Source: a virus (taxonomy: Duplodnaviria; Caudoviricetes). From it: a stretch of 35,473 nt of DNA. The stretch's first letter is position 1. Every line of letters begins with the position of its first letter. The stretch covers positions 1 through 35,473 of the IMG/VR virus record IMGVR_UViG_3300017909_003056; one strand, given 5' to 3'. Below, piece after piece: positions 1 through 10,002 of the stretch. Under the pieces are notes generated by a model, which saw only the letters and a list, made by a program, of their open reading frames with translations, was not told where the DNA came from and ran no database searches. A program made the translations under genes and the position numbers.

Positions 1-280
1 AGAACCAGTGGCACCTTGAACACCTTGGTTACCTTGAGGACCTGTTGAACCGTTAGAACCAGCAGAACCTGTGGCACCCTGGACACCTTGAGCACCCTGT
101 ACGCCTTGATTACCTTGAGGACCAGTAGGACCGGTAGCACCTGTAGCACCTTGGACACCTTGAGGACCAGTAGAACCTGTAGCGCCTTGACGACCTTGTG
201 CACCTTGTGGTCCTGTACCACCTGTTGAACCTGTAGCACCTTGGACACCTTGAGGACCTGTAGGTCCTGTAGGTCCACTA
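1..280 (-). repeat. Collagen GXY block 3 ([12 protein letters not shown] triplets)
   Basis: 9-bp periodic acc-ttg / agc-acc units. Confidence 0.9.
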
Positions 281-3200
281 GTAGCATCAACAAAATCAAT
301 AGTGCCACTAGAACTTAATGCTAAAACCTGACCAGTGCTAGCACCAGATTGTAAACCAGGTATACGTAATGCTGTAATACTAGAATTACCTAAAGTAATT
401 TCATTATTTACGGTAGCAGAACTTGCATCAGCATTTTGACCAATAATAATATTATTGCTACCAGTCGTAATACTGTCGCCTGCGAGGGCACCGATGGCAA
501 CGTTGTTAGCAGCTGTAGTGGCAGATTTAAGTGCGCTAACACCAATAGCAACTGAACTATGACTTTCAGTCATAGCGTATCCAGCACGAGTTCCTATGAT
601 CGTGTTGTCATACGCACCAAAATAACCCCTTAATACCTGATGTCCAATTGCAATATTATTGCTTCCAATTCCTCTTGCGCCATTATAATATCCCCCTTGA
701 CCAGCTTGATATCCCATAAAGATGGAATAATCACCTTCACTATATCTTCCCGAATGTCTACCAACACCGATACAATAAGAGGTATTTCTCTGCATACTTT
801 GATCACCAATCGCAATCTTGGCAGTTCCTCCCAAGAAAGCAGAATTAGAACCTATAGCAATAACATGACTAGTACCACCAAAGTTAGAAGCAGCATGATA
901 TCCAATGGCAACACAATCACTGTTAGATCCAAATGATCTACCTGCCATATCACCGATACAGGTATTTCTGTTTCCAGAACTAAGGGATCTGCCAGCTTCC
1001 CATCCCACCGCTACGTTCTGAGATCCGGTAGTACAGAAATCTAATGCTTCTGCACCCACCGCCACGTTCTTGGATCCTGTGGTGATTTTATCTCCAGCAG
1101 TCCAACCGATACAGGTATTGTAATCTCCCGTGGTGATGTCCCCACCAGCATCATAACCATATAAGGCATTATATTGTGCGTTAGTTCCATTAAAACTACC
1201 ACCAGCAAGAGTGCCAGCAACAGTGTTTTGTTGAGCATCTGTAGTGGTTCCATCAGCACCCTGAACACCTTGGGCACCCTGAGGACCTGTAGAACCTGTA
1301 GAACCCTGACGACCTTGATTACCTTGAGGACCTGCTGAACCGTCAGAACCAGCAGAACCTGTGGCACCTTGAACGCCTTGAGGTCCAGTACCACCTGTTG
1401 AACCTGTAGCACCTTGAACACCTTGAGGACCAGTACCACCTGTTGAACCTGTAGCACCTTGGACACCTTGAGGTCCAGTACCACCTGTTGAACCTGTAGC
1501 ACCTTGAACACCTTGAGGACCAGTAGATCCGGTGGCACCTTGAACACCTTGATTACCTTGAGGACCTGTTGAACCGTTAGAACCAGCAGAACCTGTGGCA
1601 CCTTGGACACCTTGAGCACCCTGCCGTCCTTGAGCACCTTGAACACCTTGTGAACCAGTAGCACCAGTATCACCCTTAGATCCTGTTCTAGCAAAAGTTA
1701 CAATTAAATCTTCAAAGTTACTAAATGAAGTGGAACCAGAAACGTATGATACGCTTACTTTGAAATAACCAGTCGCCTCTGTATTAGTACCACTGATTGT
1801 AAATAGGGCAAAGTCTCCTGCGCTAAATTTATTAGATACTCTAACGTGACCTTTGATTGTTGACGTTGAGTCGTCAATTGTTCTTAAGAATGCTTGAATG
1901 TCAGTACCATCATGATCAGCATCATCAATATACATTAATGTCGCTGAAGACAGCGTACTATTATTAAATCTTAGAGCTCCTTGACCAGGATCACTATCAG
2001 TCGTAGAAGTACTAAAGAAATAATAAAAAGTTGCTCCACCAAAGTTTCCATCTTGTCCCTGTGCTCCTTGAACACCTTGAGCACCTTGAACGCCTTGAGC
2101 ACCCTGCCGACCTTGATTGCCTTGAGGACCAGTGGCACCGGTAGCACCTTGACGACCTTGAGCACCTTGAGGTCCTGTAGGACCGGTAGCACCCTGAACA
2201 CCTTGATTGCCTTGAGGACCAGTGGCACCGGTAGCACCTGTAGCACCTTGGACACCTTGAGGACCAGTGGCACCGGTAGCACCTTGAACACCTTGATTGC
2301 CTTGAGGACCTGTGGCACCGGTAGCACCTTGACGACCTTGAGCACCTTGAGGTCCTGTAGGACCGGTAGCACCTTGAACACCTTGATTGCCTTGTGGACC
2401 TGCTGAACCGTCAGAACCAGCAGAACCTGTGGCACCTTGACGACCTTGAGGTCCTGTAGGACCGGTAGCACCTTGAACACCTTGATTGCCTTGTGGACCC
2501 ACTAAACCACTATTAGATCCCTGCCAAACACCACTGGAACTAATTACTTCACCATACCCATCAACATAATATTTGGTAGCAGTAATTACACCAGTAACAG
2601 CAAGGTTACCACCATCATCTTCAGTTAAAGAAGTAGATCTAATTTTCTTTGCTCTAATATTCTTTAAGTTATTATTCTTATCACGAACTTCAAGGTCTCC
2701 AGTTGAACTATTTCGTTTTAATTTGGTATCACCAACTTTAATCTCATCCTCAAGAGGATCAAGCGTAATCGTTCCAGTGCCAATAGAAAGAATACCAGTA
2801 ACCCTTGCATTACCAGTTACAACAAGATCTTCACTGTGAAATCCAGTATCAACACCAACGTGAAGTTTAGTTCTTGCTGTTGCTACACCAGTAACATTTA
2901 AATTATTAAGTTCAAAACCATCAGAATGAAGGTTTTGTGTATGGAATTGAAGTCCTTGAGTATGACCCAAAGTCAATGCAGTTCCAACATTAACTAAGTT
3001 ATTATCACCATCAAGTGTAAGAGAGGAACTACCAACTGTAAGAACACCAGTTATTCTGGCATCACCATCAACGACAAGTTTTACTGTTGGATTGGTGGTG
3101 CCTATACCGACATTAGATAATGTATGAATACCGGCGTTCGTGGATACAAATTTACCCCCACTTCCAATCTCATCAGCAAGACCGCCATTAGCATCAACCC

Positions 3201-3888
3201 ATTGTGCGCTGTCGCCATCATTATAATATATTTTCAGACGACCAGTATCACTTTCCCACCACAAGTCGCCAGCATTTGGACTAGATGGAGCATCATCAGA
3301 TACAGTTACGGTCTCAGAACCACCAGCAGTCTCTACCCATTGATTACTACTACCATCAGCATAGTAAATATAAAGTTCACCAACATCACTATCCCACCAC
3401 AAATCACCAGAACTTGGAGAACTGGGAGCATTAGTTGAGATACTAACATTAGATCCACCACCGCCACCACTACCAGCAGCACCTTGAGGTCCAGCAGGAC
3501 CAGTAGCACCTTGAACACCTTGGGCACCCTGAGGTCCTGCACTAAGACCAGTTAAATTAGATCCATCACCATAAAACTTGTAGGCAGTAACAATACCAGC
3601 AGCAAGGACAGCAGTATTATTAGAACCTACAGCAGTGCTAACGTCGTCAGTACCAATACCAACGTCACCAGCAGTAAAATTAATATCGTAACTTAAAGAA
3701 CCGACACCGACATTAAATGGATTGACACAAACAACGGTCGTACCAATACCCACCCCATTGGGGTCTTTCTCCAGGTAAAGTTTACCATCGTTTGTGTTGA
3801 TCGCGAGTTCACCTAGCGCCAACTGATCGCTAGTGGGAACCTTATTAGGAGTTGCTGAACGCCTAATAAAAATCTTTGGATTTGCCAT
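1..3888 (-). CDS. Collagen-repeat (Gly-X-Y) tail fibre / virion structural protein, 3' end outside the window (>1296 aa)
   Basis: ATG at 3888 ([39 protein letters not shown], a phage fibre N-terminal motif). The same frame reads ...[11 protein letters not shown] at position 1. Contains VGIGT fibre motifs, duplicated GDLWWxSDxGxLxIYY modules, three long GXY blocks and YadA-head-like NxAVG/NTCIG repeats. Missing from the ORF track because its stop codon lies outside the window. Confidence 0.88.
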   Translation of the reverse strand, partial: MANPKIFIRRSATPNKVPTSDQLALGELAINTNDGKLYLEKDPNGVGIGTTVVCVNPFNVGVGSLSYDINFTAGDVGIGTDDVSTAVGSNNTAVLAAGIVTAYKFYGDGSNLTGLSAGPQGAQGVQGATGPAGPQGAAGSGGGGGSNVSISTNAPSSPSSGDLWWDSDVGELYIYYADGSSNQWVETAGGSETVTVSDDAPSSPNAGDLWWESDTGRLKIYYNDGDSAQWVDANGGLADEIGSGGKFVSTNAGIHTLSNVGIGTTNPTVKLVVDGDARITGVLTVGSSSLTLDGDNNLVNVGTALTLGHTQGLQFHTQNLHSDGFELNNLNVTGVATARTKLHVGVDTGFHSEDLVVTGNARVTGILSIGTGTITLDPLEDEIKVGDTKLKRNSSTGDLEVRDKNNNLKNIRAKKIRSTSLTEDDGGNLAVTGVITATKYYVDGYGEVISSSGVWQGSNSGLVGPQGNQGVQGATGPTGPQGRQGATGSAGSDGSAGPQGNQGVQGATGPTGPQGAQGRQGATGATGPQGNQGVQGATGATGPQGVQGATGATGATGPQGNQGVQGATGPTGPQGAQGRQGATGATGPQGNQGRQGAQGVQGAQGVQGAQGQDGNFGGATFYYFFSTSTTDSDPGQGALRFNNSTLSSATLMYIDDADHDGTDIQAFLRTIDDSTSTIKGHVRVSNKFSAGDFALFTISGTNTEATGYFKVSVSYVSGSTSFSNFEDLIVTFARTGSKGDTGATGSQGVQGAQGRQGAQGVQGATGSAGSNGSTGPQGNQGVQGATGSTGPQGVQGATGSTGGTGPQGVQGATGSTGGTGPQGVQGATGSTGGTGPQGVQGATGSAGSDGSAGPQGNQGRQGSTGSTGPQGAQGVQGADGTTTDAQQNTVAGTLAGGSFNGTNAQYNALYGYDAGGDITTGDYNTCIGWTAGDKITTGSKNVAVGAEALDFCTTGSQNVAVGWEAGRSLSSGNRNTCIGDMAGRSFGSNSDCVAIGYHAASNFGGTSHVIAIGSNSAFLGGTAKIAIGDQSMQRNTSYCIGVGRHSGRYSEGDYSIFMGYQAGQGGYYNGARGIGSNNIAIGHQVLRGYFGAYDNTIIGTRAGYAMTESHSSVAIGVSALKSATTAANNVAIGALAGDSITTGSNNIIIGQNADASSATVNNEITLGNSSITALRIPGLQSGASTGQVLALSSSGTIDFVDATSGPTGPTGPQGVQGATGSTGGTGPQGAQGRQGATGSTGPQGVQGATGATGPTGPQGNQGVQGAQGVQGATGSAGSNGSTGPQGNQGVQGATGS
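1255..1680 (-). repeat. Collagen GXY block 2, including three near-identical 45-bp tandem units at about 1376-1510
   Basis: ccttgagg(t/a)ccagtaccacctgttgaacctgtagcaccttg(a/g)aca repeated three times. Confidence 0.9.
2055..2502 (-). repeat. Collagen GXY block 1
   Basis: Repeated [15 protein letters not shown] / GRQGATG units. Confidence 0.9.
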
Positions 3889-3939
3889 TATGTCTGTCGG
3901 TATATACCAGAATTAAGCAGTATGTACTGCTATCTGATA

Positions 3940-3946
3940 TATTTAT
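3940..3946 (-). promoter_or_regulatory. T4-like late promoter (ATAAATA) for the fibre gene
   Basis: TGATAAATA overlaps the HNH stop codon, about 50 nt upstream of the fibre ATG. Confidence 0.7.
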
Positions 3947-4317
3947 CAAGCACAATTATTCCTTCTTGAACCATATCTGTAAAGGGTTACAGTTGGTTCT
4001 GGTTCCATCCAACTTTTGATTTTTTCATAACGGTCAACATCAAAAAACTCCTGGGAAAGATACCAATCTTCCACAGGAGTATAACCTTTATCTTGATTGC
4101 AGGAATGGCAAGCACACAGACAGTTCTTCGTAAAGTCCGTGCCGCCTTTTGATCTAGGAACGATGTGGTCTATTGTGAGGTTCTTATCAGACCCACAGTA
4201 GGCACACTCCCAATCCCATTCTTCCTTTATCTTTTGCCTCCATAACCTTTTTGCTTCTGCTGAATTTGCTGTGTGGAGGTTAAAGACATAGGCTTGAAAG
4301 GTATTGTAGAGAGGCAT
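3946..4317 (-). CDS. HNH endonuclease
   Basis: CAYCG...LTIDHIVPRSKGG...NCLCACHSCNQDKG. Confidence 0.92.
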   Translation of the reverse strand: MPLYNTFQAYVFNLHTANSAEAKRLWRQKIKEEWDWECAYCGSDKNLTIDHIVPRSKGGTDFTKNCLCACHSCNQDKGYTPVEDWYLSQEFFDVDRYEKIKSWMEPEPTVTLYRYGSRRNNCA

Positions 4318-4337
4318 AAAGAATTGCGTCTTGCAAT

Positions 4338-4344
4338 TATTTAT
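4338..4344 (-). promoter_or_regulatory. Late promoter (ATAAATA) upstream of the HNH gene
   Basis: TGATAAATAATTGC overlaps the upstream stop codon. Confidence 0.65.
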
Positions 4345-4643
4345 CAGGAAAGGAAAACTTCGTCATAGTCGCTTTCTCCTACTAGTGGAACTTCAACTTC
4401 TTTCCATGACCCACCAACTCCACCATCCATATTAACAACGATGTCTTTGGTTGGAAGTTGAATATACTCGTGTTGTGTCACATCAACGATCTGACCCATC
4501 ATAGGAGTGAACTGATAATAGTGCCCTTCCCAATTTTTGTTTCTACTAAAAACAAGATTAGTAGCATCACGGAGAGCACCACAATCAGCAATCTTCTTGC
4601 CGGTGGGATCAAAGACAGAATAATAACCTGGGTATGGGTTCAT
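4344..4643 (-). CDS. Hypothetical cyanophage protein
   Basis: 99-aa ORF, ATGA overlap with the upstream gene. Confidence 0.75.
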   Translation of the reverse strand: MNPYPGYYSVFDPTGKKIADCGALRDATNLVFSRNKNWEGHYYQFTPMMGQIVDVTQHEYIQLPTKDIVVNMDGGVGGSWKEVEVPLVGESDYDEVFLS

Positions 4644-4855
4644 GAGAATCCCTTGCCTCCACCTGAATCAAGTACTTCAATAGTAGTTAGACAACCAGTT
4701 TGAGACCACTCAAACCAAGCACCACGCGCCAGGTCCCAGTCTTCAAAGATAATTGCCTTCCTGTTCTTAAACACAAGTTTGTACTTATGCCTGTCATAAG
4801 GAGCGGATGAAGTCTCCTTGAAATAAAGAGGATCAGTTGGTTGAATTAGTTCCAT
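4640..4855 (-). CDS. Hypothetical cyanophage protein
   Basis: 71-aa ORF in the coupled operon, C-terminal GGGKGF. Confidence 0.72.
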   Translation of the reverse strand: MELIQPTDPLYFKETSSAPYDRHKYKLVFKNRKAIIFEDWDLARGAWFEWSQTGCLTTIEVLDSGGGKGFS

Positions 4856-5423
4856 TTACGAATGCCTTAGAGTCAATAAAGAAGTTAAATGATATAGTCG
4901 CCCTCAGTTTAGAGGACTTGTTCAAGGGTACCGAATGAGTCATCCATGAAGGGAAGATGATAAGGTCACCTTCGTTTACCCAAGGGGTAATAGTGTTGTC
5001 CAGTTGTCCAGAGTACGCTTTGAGGTTCTCGTTTGGATCGTGGAAGTTTGTACCGTGATGCTCATTAGGATCCATCACAGCATAGTATACAGCAGACCAC
5101 TGTTCTGGCAAATGGGTGTGCTTCTCCTGCCAGTTAGAAGATTCATAGCAGTTCAACCACAGTTCCGAGATGATACATGCGCCAGGTTGTTCCGATTCAA
5201 TTTGGAACTCATCTAGTGATTCTTTCACAGCATCTAGCACATCGCCAATAGGATATGTGCCAGTTCCAAAAGTGGTAAAGAGTTTACAGTTCCACCCCTC
5301 AGGAGCTTCACCTCCGTTCTTCCACTTGTTATCCTCATAGAACTTGGTCACCTGCTCTCGCAGCAGGTCACTGTCCTCTACCCGATAGCGGTAGATCTGC
5401 GTGGGGAAAACATCAACCCTCAC
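4833..5423 (-). CDS. Putative 2OG-Fe(II) oxygenase (TIGR02466-like)
   Basis: FPTxIY start, WLN...HTH...WSAVYY, EGDLIIFPSWMTHSV...RATISFN. Confidence 0.85.
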   Translation of the reverse strand: MRVDVFPTQIYRYRVEDSDLLREQVTKFYEDNKWKNGGEAPEGWNCKLFTTFGTGTYPIGDVLDAVKESLDEFQIESEQPGACIISELWLNCYESSNWQEKHTHLPEQWSAVYYAVMDPNEHHGTNFHDPNENLKAYSGQLDNTITPWVNEGDLIIFPSWMTHSVPLNKSSKLRATISFNFFIDSKAFVNGTNSTN

Positions 5424-6106
5424 TTCTCTGCTCCATACTTATACTCTTGTCCTGCTGCCCAGTCTTTGTCAAAAATTTCAAGACCCTTGTCGGTCAAGAT
5501 GTGATCATACATCTGGTCAAATACCTTTGGTGGCATTGTGCAGATCTGAGCACCATTATACCATGAACGGACGGCACGTTGAACGCTACGAATAGAAGCA
5601 GACAGAACTTGAGTCTCAACTCCATGAATACGATAGAGTTCAGAGATAGAACGCACAACCTCTAGACCAGCAACAGACTGGTCATCAAGACGACCCACGA
5701 ATGGTGAAACATAAGTAGCACCTGCCTTAGCAGCAAGCACTGCTTGTGCAGCACTAAAAATAAGGGTTACATTGACCTTGATGTTCTGGTCAGAAAGAGA
5801 CTTACATACTGCAAGTCCTTCACGGGTGCAAGGAACCTTGACGGTGCAAACTTCCCCAAACTTCTCATAAAGACGCTTGCCTTCACGATACATTTCACCC
5901 TCATCACCAACCACTTCCATACTGATATCAGTGATACCAATATCTTTGATCTCTTGGTAGACTTCTTCAGGATCACGACCACTCTTCATGATAAGAGTAG
6001 GGTTGGTAGTGACACCATCTACCAAACCAGTTTTGAAATATTCATTGATGATTTCGGTGTCGGCAGTATCAAGAAAGATTTTCATATAGTTGTGCGTGTA
6101 TTTCAT
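5420..6106 (-). CDS. talC: Transaldolase (TalC/MipB type); alternative start at 6085
   Basis: MKIFLDTAD, GVTTNPTL, VKVP, NVTLIFS, YVSPFVGRLDD. Confidence 0.96.
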   Translation of the reverse strand: MKYTHNYMKIFLDTADTEIINEYFKTGLVDGVTTNPTLIMKSGRDPEEVYQEIKDIGITDISMEVVGDEGEMYREGKRLYEKFGEVCTVKVPCTREGLAVCKSLSDQNIKVNVTLIFSAAQAVLAAKAGATYVSPFVGRLDDQSVAGLEVVRSISELYRIHGVETQVLSASIRSVQRAVRSWYNGAQICTMPPKVFDQMYDHILTDKGLEIFDKDWAAGQEYKYGAEK

Positions 6107-6429
6107 TATTCAACATGTACTGTGCCAATCATACCAGCACCTTTGTGAGGAGCACACCAATAAGTGTAATCACCAGGATCATTAAAGGTGATATCAAACT
6201 CTTCACCAGGAAGCATAGCAAGTGATTCGTGAGCCAAATCAGGACGATCTTCTACGATCACATTATGTGGGGGAAGCATGTTATTCACAAAGTGAACTGT
6301 TTCCCCTGCGGATATTGTAACATCTGCTGGTTCAAAAATCAAGTTACCATCGTAACCCATTTGAACATCCACTGCCCACGCTGGAGCAGCAAAAAAGATT
6401 GTAGCGATTAGTGCGAAGATAAACTTCAT
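6106..6429 (-). CDS. petE: Plastocyanin
   Basis: Signal peptide ending AxA, PHNV and the YWCAPHKGAGM copper site. Confidence 0.96.
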   Translation of the reverse strand: MKFIFALIATIFFAAPAWAVDVQMGYDGNLIFEPADVTISAGETVHFVNNMLPPHNVIVEDRPDLAHESLAMLPGEEFDITFNDPGDYTYWCAPHKGAGMIGTVHVE

Positions 6430-6455
6430 TAAAGTATACGCAACTGCAATATATA

Positions 6456-6659
6456 TTACTTCCGTATACCGTGATACCTAGTGTTTGTGCGGACTTCCTC
6501 ACTAACCATTTCACCAAATTCTGTAACACACTGACACCATTTTTTTCTTGCTTTTTTTGTCTCCTTACCCTGTTTATCTACGTCCCATAATTCTTTCCAT
6601 ACCCACCAGAGGTCGCGACACTCGTCCGACTTTCTCTGTAAGTGCGGTTCCCGGTACAT
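6456..6659 (-). CDS. Hypothetical cyanophage protein
   Basis: 67-aa ORF with GAGG RBS and a late promoter upstream (6700-6706). Confidence 0.7.
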   Translation of the reverse strand: MYREPHLQRKSDECRDLWWVWKELWDVDKQGKETKKARKKWCQCVTEFGEMVSEEVRTNTRYHGIRK

Positions 6660-6705
6660 GGGAAACCTCTAATGGGTCGTGTGCCCTTGACTACAATACT
6701 ATTTA

Positions 6706-6915
6706 TTATGAACCTGCAGCAATTGCGTCGTTAAAAGGAGTTAAATCTTCAGTAGTCCAATAATCTTTAGTAACCATAAGTTGCAGATGAGCAACATTAC
6801 GATTGATGCTGTCCTGCTCATCATCGGTGAGACTTTCTTGTGCTATCAATGCGTTGATTAAATTGACACTATCCATGGCAGCCGAATAGTGGTGTGCAAT
6901 TTCTTCCGGTGTCAT
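6706..6915 (-). CDS. Hypothetical phage protein
   Basis: 69-aa ORF preceded by tandem ATAAATA late promoters (about 6934-6944). Confidence 0.75.
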   Translation of the reverse strand: MTPEEIAHHYSAAMDSVNLINALIAQESLTDDEQDSINRNVAHLQLMVTKDYWTTEDLTPFNDAIAAGS

Positions 6916-6947
6916 TATATCAAAATTTATTTTTATTTATTTATTAC

Positions 6948-6972
6948 AAAAAAAAGACCCCTAGTCGGGGTC
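6948..6972 (-). terminator. Intrinsic terminator
   Basis: GACCCC-GACTA-GGGGTC followed by T8. Confidence 0.85.
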
Positions 6973-7182
6973 ATTATTATAAAGGTCTTCTAACCTTTCT
7001 TTTGTAAGATCAATATACATGACCTCTTCACCATCGGCGGGTGCTTCAGGATGACGTGGTTTAGGTTTTGGTTTATTCATTTCCACATTGATGGATTGAA
7101 TATTGGACCACATCATCGCGAACGAAGCACCTGCGATAATTCCAAAGCAAAGAAAATAAAAGAAGATTTCAAAGTTGTTCAC
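6961..7182 (-). CDS. Small membrane protein (DUF2973-like)
   Basis: N-terminal TM helix and HPE...GEEVMY motif; downstream of psbD. Confidence 0.75.
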   Translation of the reverse strand: MNNFEIFFYFLCFGIIAGASFAMMWSNIQSINVEMNKPKPKPRHPEAPADGEEVMYIDLTKERLEDLYNNDPD

Positions 7183-8234
7183 AGTGCATTACCGCGTGGC
7201 AGAACTTCTTCTGGGAATACAAATTGTTCGTGTGGTTGATCCACTGGTGCCATCCAGGCACGTAGACCTTCGTTCAGGAGAATGTTCTTGGTGTAGAAAG
7301 TTTCAAACTCAGGATCTTCCGATGCACGGATCTCCTGACTTACGAAATCATAAGCCCTAAGATTAAGAGCAAGACCAATAATGCCGATGCTACTTGTCCA
7401 AAGACCCATAACAGGAACAAAAAGCATAAAAAAGTGCAACCACCTCTTATTAGAAAAGGCAATACCGAAAATCTGAGACCAGAAACGGTTTGCCGTAACC
7501 ATTGAGTAAGTCTCCTCTTCTTGCGTAGAATCAAATGCCTTAAAGGTATTTGCTTGTTCTCCATCTTCATAAAGCGTGTTCTCAACTGTTACACCGTGAA
7601 TAGCGGACAAAAGTGCTCCTCCCAGTATACCAGCAACTCCCATCATGTGAAAGGGGTTGAGCGTCCAGTTATGGAAACCCTGAAGGAATAGTAAGAATCT
7701 GAAAATCGCTGCCACGCCAAACGACGGTGCAAAGAACCAAGATGACTGTCCAAGTGGGTAGATGAGAAATACGCTAACGAATACGGCAATAGGACCCGAA
7801 AAAGCAATCGCATTGTAGGGACGGATTCCGATAAGACGTGCAAGTTCAAACTGACGCAGCATGAAACCAATCAGGGCGAAGGCACCGTGGAGCGCCACAA
7901 AATTCCAGAGTCCCCCAAGTTGGAGCCAGCGTTGGAAATCTCCCTGAGACTCTGGACCCCAAAGAAGAAGAAGAGAATGACCCATAGCATCAGCAGGCGT
8001 TGACACAGCCGCTGTGAGAAAATTAGCACCCTCAAGATAACTAGACGCGAGTCCGTGAGTGTACCAACTTGTGACAAACGTAGTGCCAGTAAGCCAGCCA
8101 CCAATTGCCATATAAGCAGTGGGAAAAAGAAGTAATCCAGACCAACCCACAAAGACAAAGCGATCTCGTTTAAGCCAGTCATCCAGGACATCAAACCACC
8201 CCCTTGTTGGTTGTTGTAGTGTTGAAGCTACCAT
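7179..8234 (-). CDS. psbD: Photosystem II D2 protein
   Basis: [23 protein letters not shown]...[10 protein letters not shown], 351 aa, no intron. Confidence 0.99.
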   Translation of the reverse strand: MVASTLQQPTRGWFDVLDDWLKRDRFVFVGWSGLLLFPTAYMAIGGWLTGTTFVTSWYTHGLASSYLEGANFLTAAVSTPADAMGHSLLLLWGPESQGDFQRWLQLGGLWNFVALHGAFALIGFMLRQFELARLIGIRPYNAIAFSGPIAVFVSVFLIYPLGQSSWFFAPSFGVAAIFRFLLFLQGFHNWTLNPFHMMGVAGILGGALLSAIHGVTVENTLYEDGEQANTFKAFDSTQEEETYSMVTANRFWSQIFGIAFSNKRWLHFFMLFVPVMGLWTSSIGIIGLALNLRAYDFVSQEIRASEDPEFETFYTKNILLNEGLRAWMAPVDQPHEQFVFPEEVLPRGNAL

Positions 8235-8383
8235 TAATTTTTATCCTCGTTAGTTTTATTGTAAATGATAACTCTACCATTTTCGTGAGTGAACACCAGT
8301 TCATCATCGTGCCCCCAGCAGAGTTCTTCGTATAGGGCATTGAGTTTCTCCATATCTTCGTATAGAGCATTAGGATTAGGCAT
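8234..8383 (-). CDS. Small hypothetical protein (49 aa, not in ORF track)
   Basis: [49 protein letters not shown]; TAATG coupling to psbD. Confidence 0.75.
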   Translation of the reverse strand: MPNPNALYEDMEKLNALYEELCWGHDDELVFTHENGRVIIYNKTNEDKN

Positions 8384-8675
8384 GATGAGCTTTAAGTTCT
8401 GGATTAGGTTGCGAAGAAACTGTGGAATTGCGATCTCTGTTTTTGATCACAATGAAAGCATCTTTGTTATATTTAACGGTGCCTTTCACAGGTGCCCATT
8501 TTGTTCCTGCACCATCAATCTCATAAACAGATGTTCCAGCAATCTCTACAACAACATCATCACCAGACTCCCATCCCATTTTCTCAAGTGCGATAGCGAG
8601 TTGTCCTAGCATTCCACCAGGATACATCACCGAATCGTTCATGACATTTTCTTCAGGTTCAAGATTACCAATCAT
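8376..8675 (-). CDS. Hypothetical cyanophage protein between psbA and psbD
   Basis: 99-aa ORF overlapping the next gene. Confidence 0.78.
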   Translation of the reverse strand: MIGNLEPEENVMNDSVMYPGGMLGQLAIALEKMGWESGDDVVVEIAGTSVYEIDGAGTKWAPVKGTVKYNKDAFIVIKNRDRNSTVSSQPNPELKAHHA

Positions 8676-8722
8676 AATAGTACTATACAGAGCAAAGGAA
8701 TTGCAAGAGTTGAAATACCTAT

Positions 8723-8753
8723 AAAAAACCCCGCCAGATATTCTCTGACGGGG
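8723..8753 (-). terminator. Intrinsic terminator after psbA
   Basis: CCCCGTCAGA-GAATA-TCTGGCGGGG followed by T6. Confidence 0.88.
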
Positions 8754-8775
8754 ACGTGACTACCAGGTTCCATTA

Positions 8776-9852
8776 TCAGGCAATAGAAGGAGCAGTCAGA
8801 GCAACAGGGGTGGACTCAGCAGCAGCGAGGTCCAGTGGGAAGTTGTGAGCATTACGCTCGTGCATAACTTCCATACCCAGACCAGCGCGGTTGAGAACGT
8901 CTGCCCAGGTGTTGAGCACACGACCCTGATCATCAAGGATGGACTGGTTGAAGTTGAAACCGTTCAGGTTGAACGCCATCGTGGAAACACCCAGTGCGGT
9001 GAACCAGATGCCAACAACAGGCCATGCAGCAAGGAAGAAGTGCAAGGAACGAGAGTTGTTGAACGATGCATACTGAAAGATCAGACGACCGAAGTATCCA
9101 TGAGCAGCAACGATGTTGTAGGTCTCTTCTTCTTGACCGAACTTGTAACCATAGTTTTGAGACTCAGTTTCAGTAGTCTCACGAACGAGCGACGACGTAA
9201 CCAGCGAACCGTGCATCGCAGAGAAAAGAGACCCACCAAAGACACCTGCGACTCCAAGCATGTGGAAGGGGTGCATGAGGATGTTGTGCTCTGCTTGGAA
9301 GACCAACATGTAGTTGAACGTACCAGAGATGCCGAGCGGCATAGCGTCAGAGAAAGAACCTTGACCGAATGGATAGACCAGGAACACTGCAGAAGCAGCG
9401 GCGACAGGCGCAGAGTAAGCAACACAGATCCAGGGGCGCATCCCCAGGCGATAGGACAATTCCCACTCACGACCCATATAGGCATAGATGCCGATCAGGA
9501 AGTGGAAGACTACGAGTTGGAATGGACCACCATTGTACAGCCACTCGTCAAGCGATGCAGCTTCCCAAATAGGATAGAAGTGAAGACCAATTGCGTTGGA
9601 AGAGGGAACAACTGCACCAGAGATGATGTTGTTACCGTACATGAGTGAGCCAGCGACGGGCTCACGGATGCCATCGATGTCCACAGGGGGAGCAGCGATG
9701 AAGGCGACGATGAAGCAGATAGTTGCTGCCAACAGAGTTGGAATCATCAGAACGCCGAACCAACCGACATAGAGGCGGTTATTGGTAGAAGTTACCCACT
9801 CGCAGAAATTTTCCCAAGTGGAAGATTGTTGTCTTGAAAGAGTTGAAGCCAT
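8776..9852 (-). CDS. psbA: Photosystem II D1 protein (Glu130 form)
   Basis: [14 protein letters not shown]...HNFPLDLA; MGREWELS; ATG at 9852; no intron. Confidence 0.99.
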   Translation of the reverse strand: MASTLSRQQSSTWENFCEWVTSTNNRLYVGWFGVLMIPTLLAATICFIVAFIAAPPVDIDGIREPVAGSLMYGNNIISGAVVPSSNAIGLHFYPIWEAASLDEWLYNGGPFQLVVFHFLIGIYAYMGREWELSYRLGMRPWICVAYSAPVAAASAVFLVYPFGQGSFSDAMPLGISGTFNYMLVFQAEHNILMHPFHMLGVAGVFGGSLFSAMHGSLVTSSLVRETTETESQNYGYKFGQEEETYNIVAAHGYFGRLIFQYASFNNSRSLHFFLAAWPVVGIWFTALGVSTMAFNLNGFNFNQSILDDQGRVLNTWADVLNRAGLGMEVMHERNAHNFPLDLAAAESTPVALTAPSIA

Positions 9853-9867
9853 TGTGTTATACAAAAA

Positions 9868-9972
9868 AGTAAGACCATCAGGGAAATGGTGGAGTTACTA
9901 TTTCCTCTCACCCTTAGAGAGGATATGAAAGACGTTTTTATACTCCCTAGAGGTCTTGGTTTGCGGGGAGTT
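9868..9972 (-). ncRNA. Structured psbA 5' leader, PhotoRC-II-type RNA motif
   Basis: Directly upstream of a phage psbA. Stems ACTCCC/GGGAGT, CCTCTC/GAGAGG and ACCAT/ATGGT. Family assigned from position and recall, not from a covariance search. Confidence 0.72.
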
Positions 9973-10002
9973 CAACTGTTACGTTTCGTAACGTCGTTGA
10001 TT

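Noticed and set aside
1041-2480. ORFs 1041-1694, 1971-2480 (-) and 1981-2406 (+) with VLKV/LQV or TLST repeats
   Set aside because: Alternative-frame shadows of the collagen repeats; the real frame is the GXY fibre
4833-5423. 2OG-Fe(II) oxygenase as the collagen prolyl hydroxylase or a TET-like DNA oxidase
   Set aside because: It has an HxH (TIGR02466-like) rather than HxD pattern, the fibre has almost no Y-position Pro, and such genes are common in cyanophages; no specific link
8845-9648. 267-aa plus-strand ORF antisense to psbA
   Set aside because: Typical antisense shadow of a codon-biased, highly expressed gene; no RBS or motif support
7179-9852. Group I intron or homing endonuclease in psbA/psbD
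   Set aside because: Both genes are uninterrupted and of normal length
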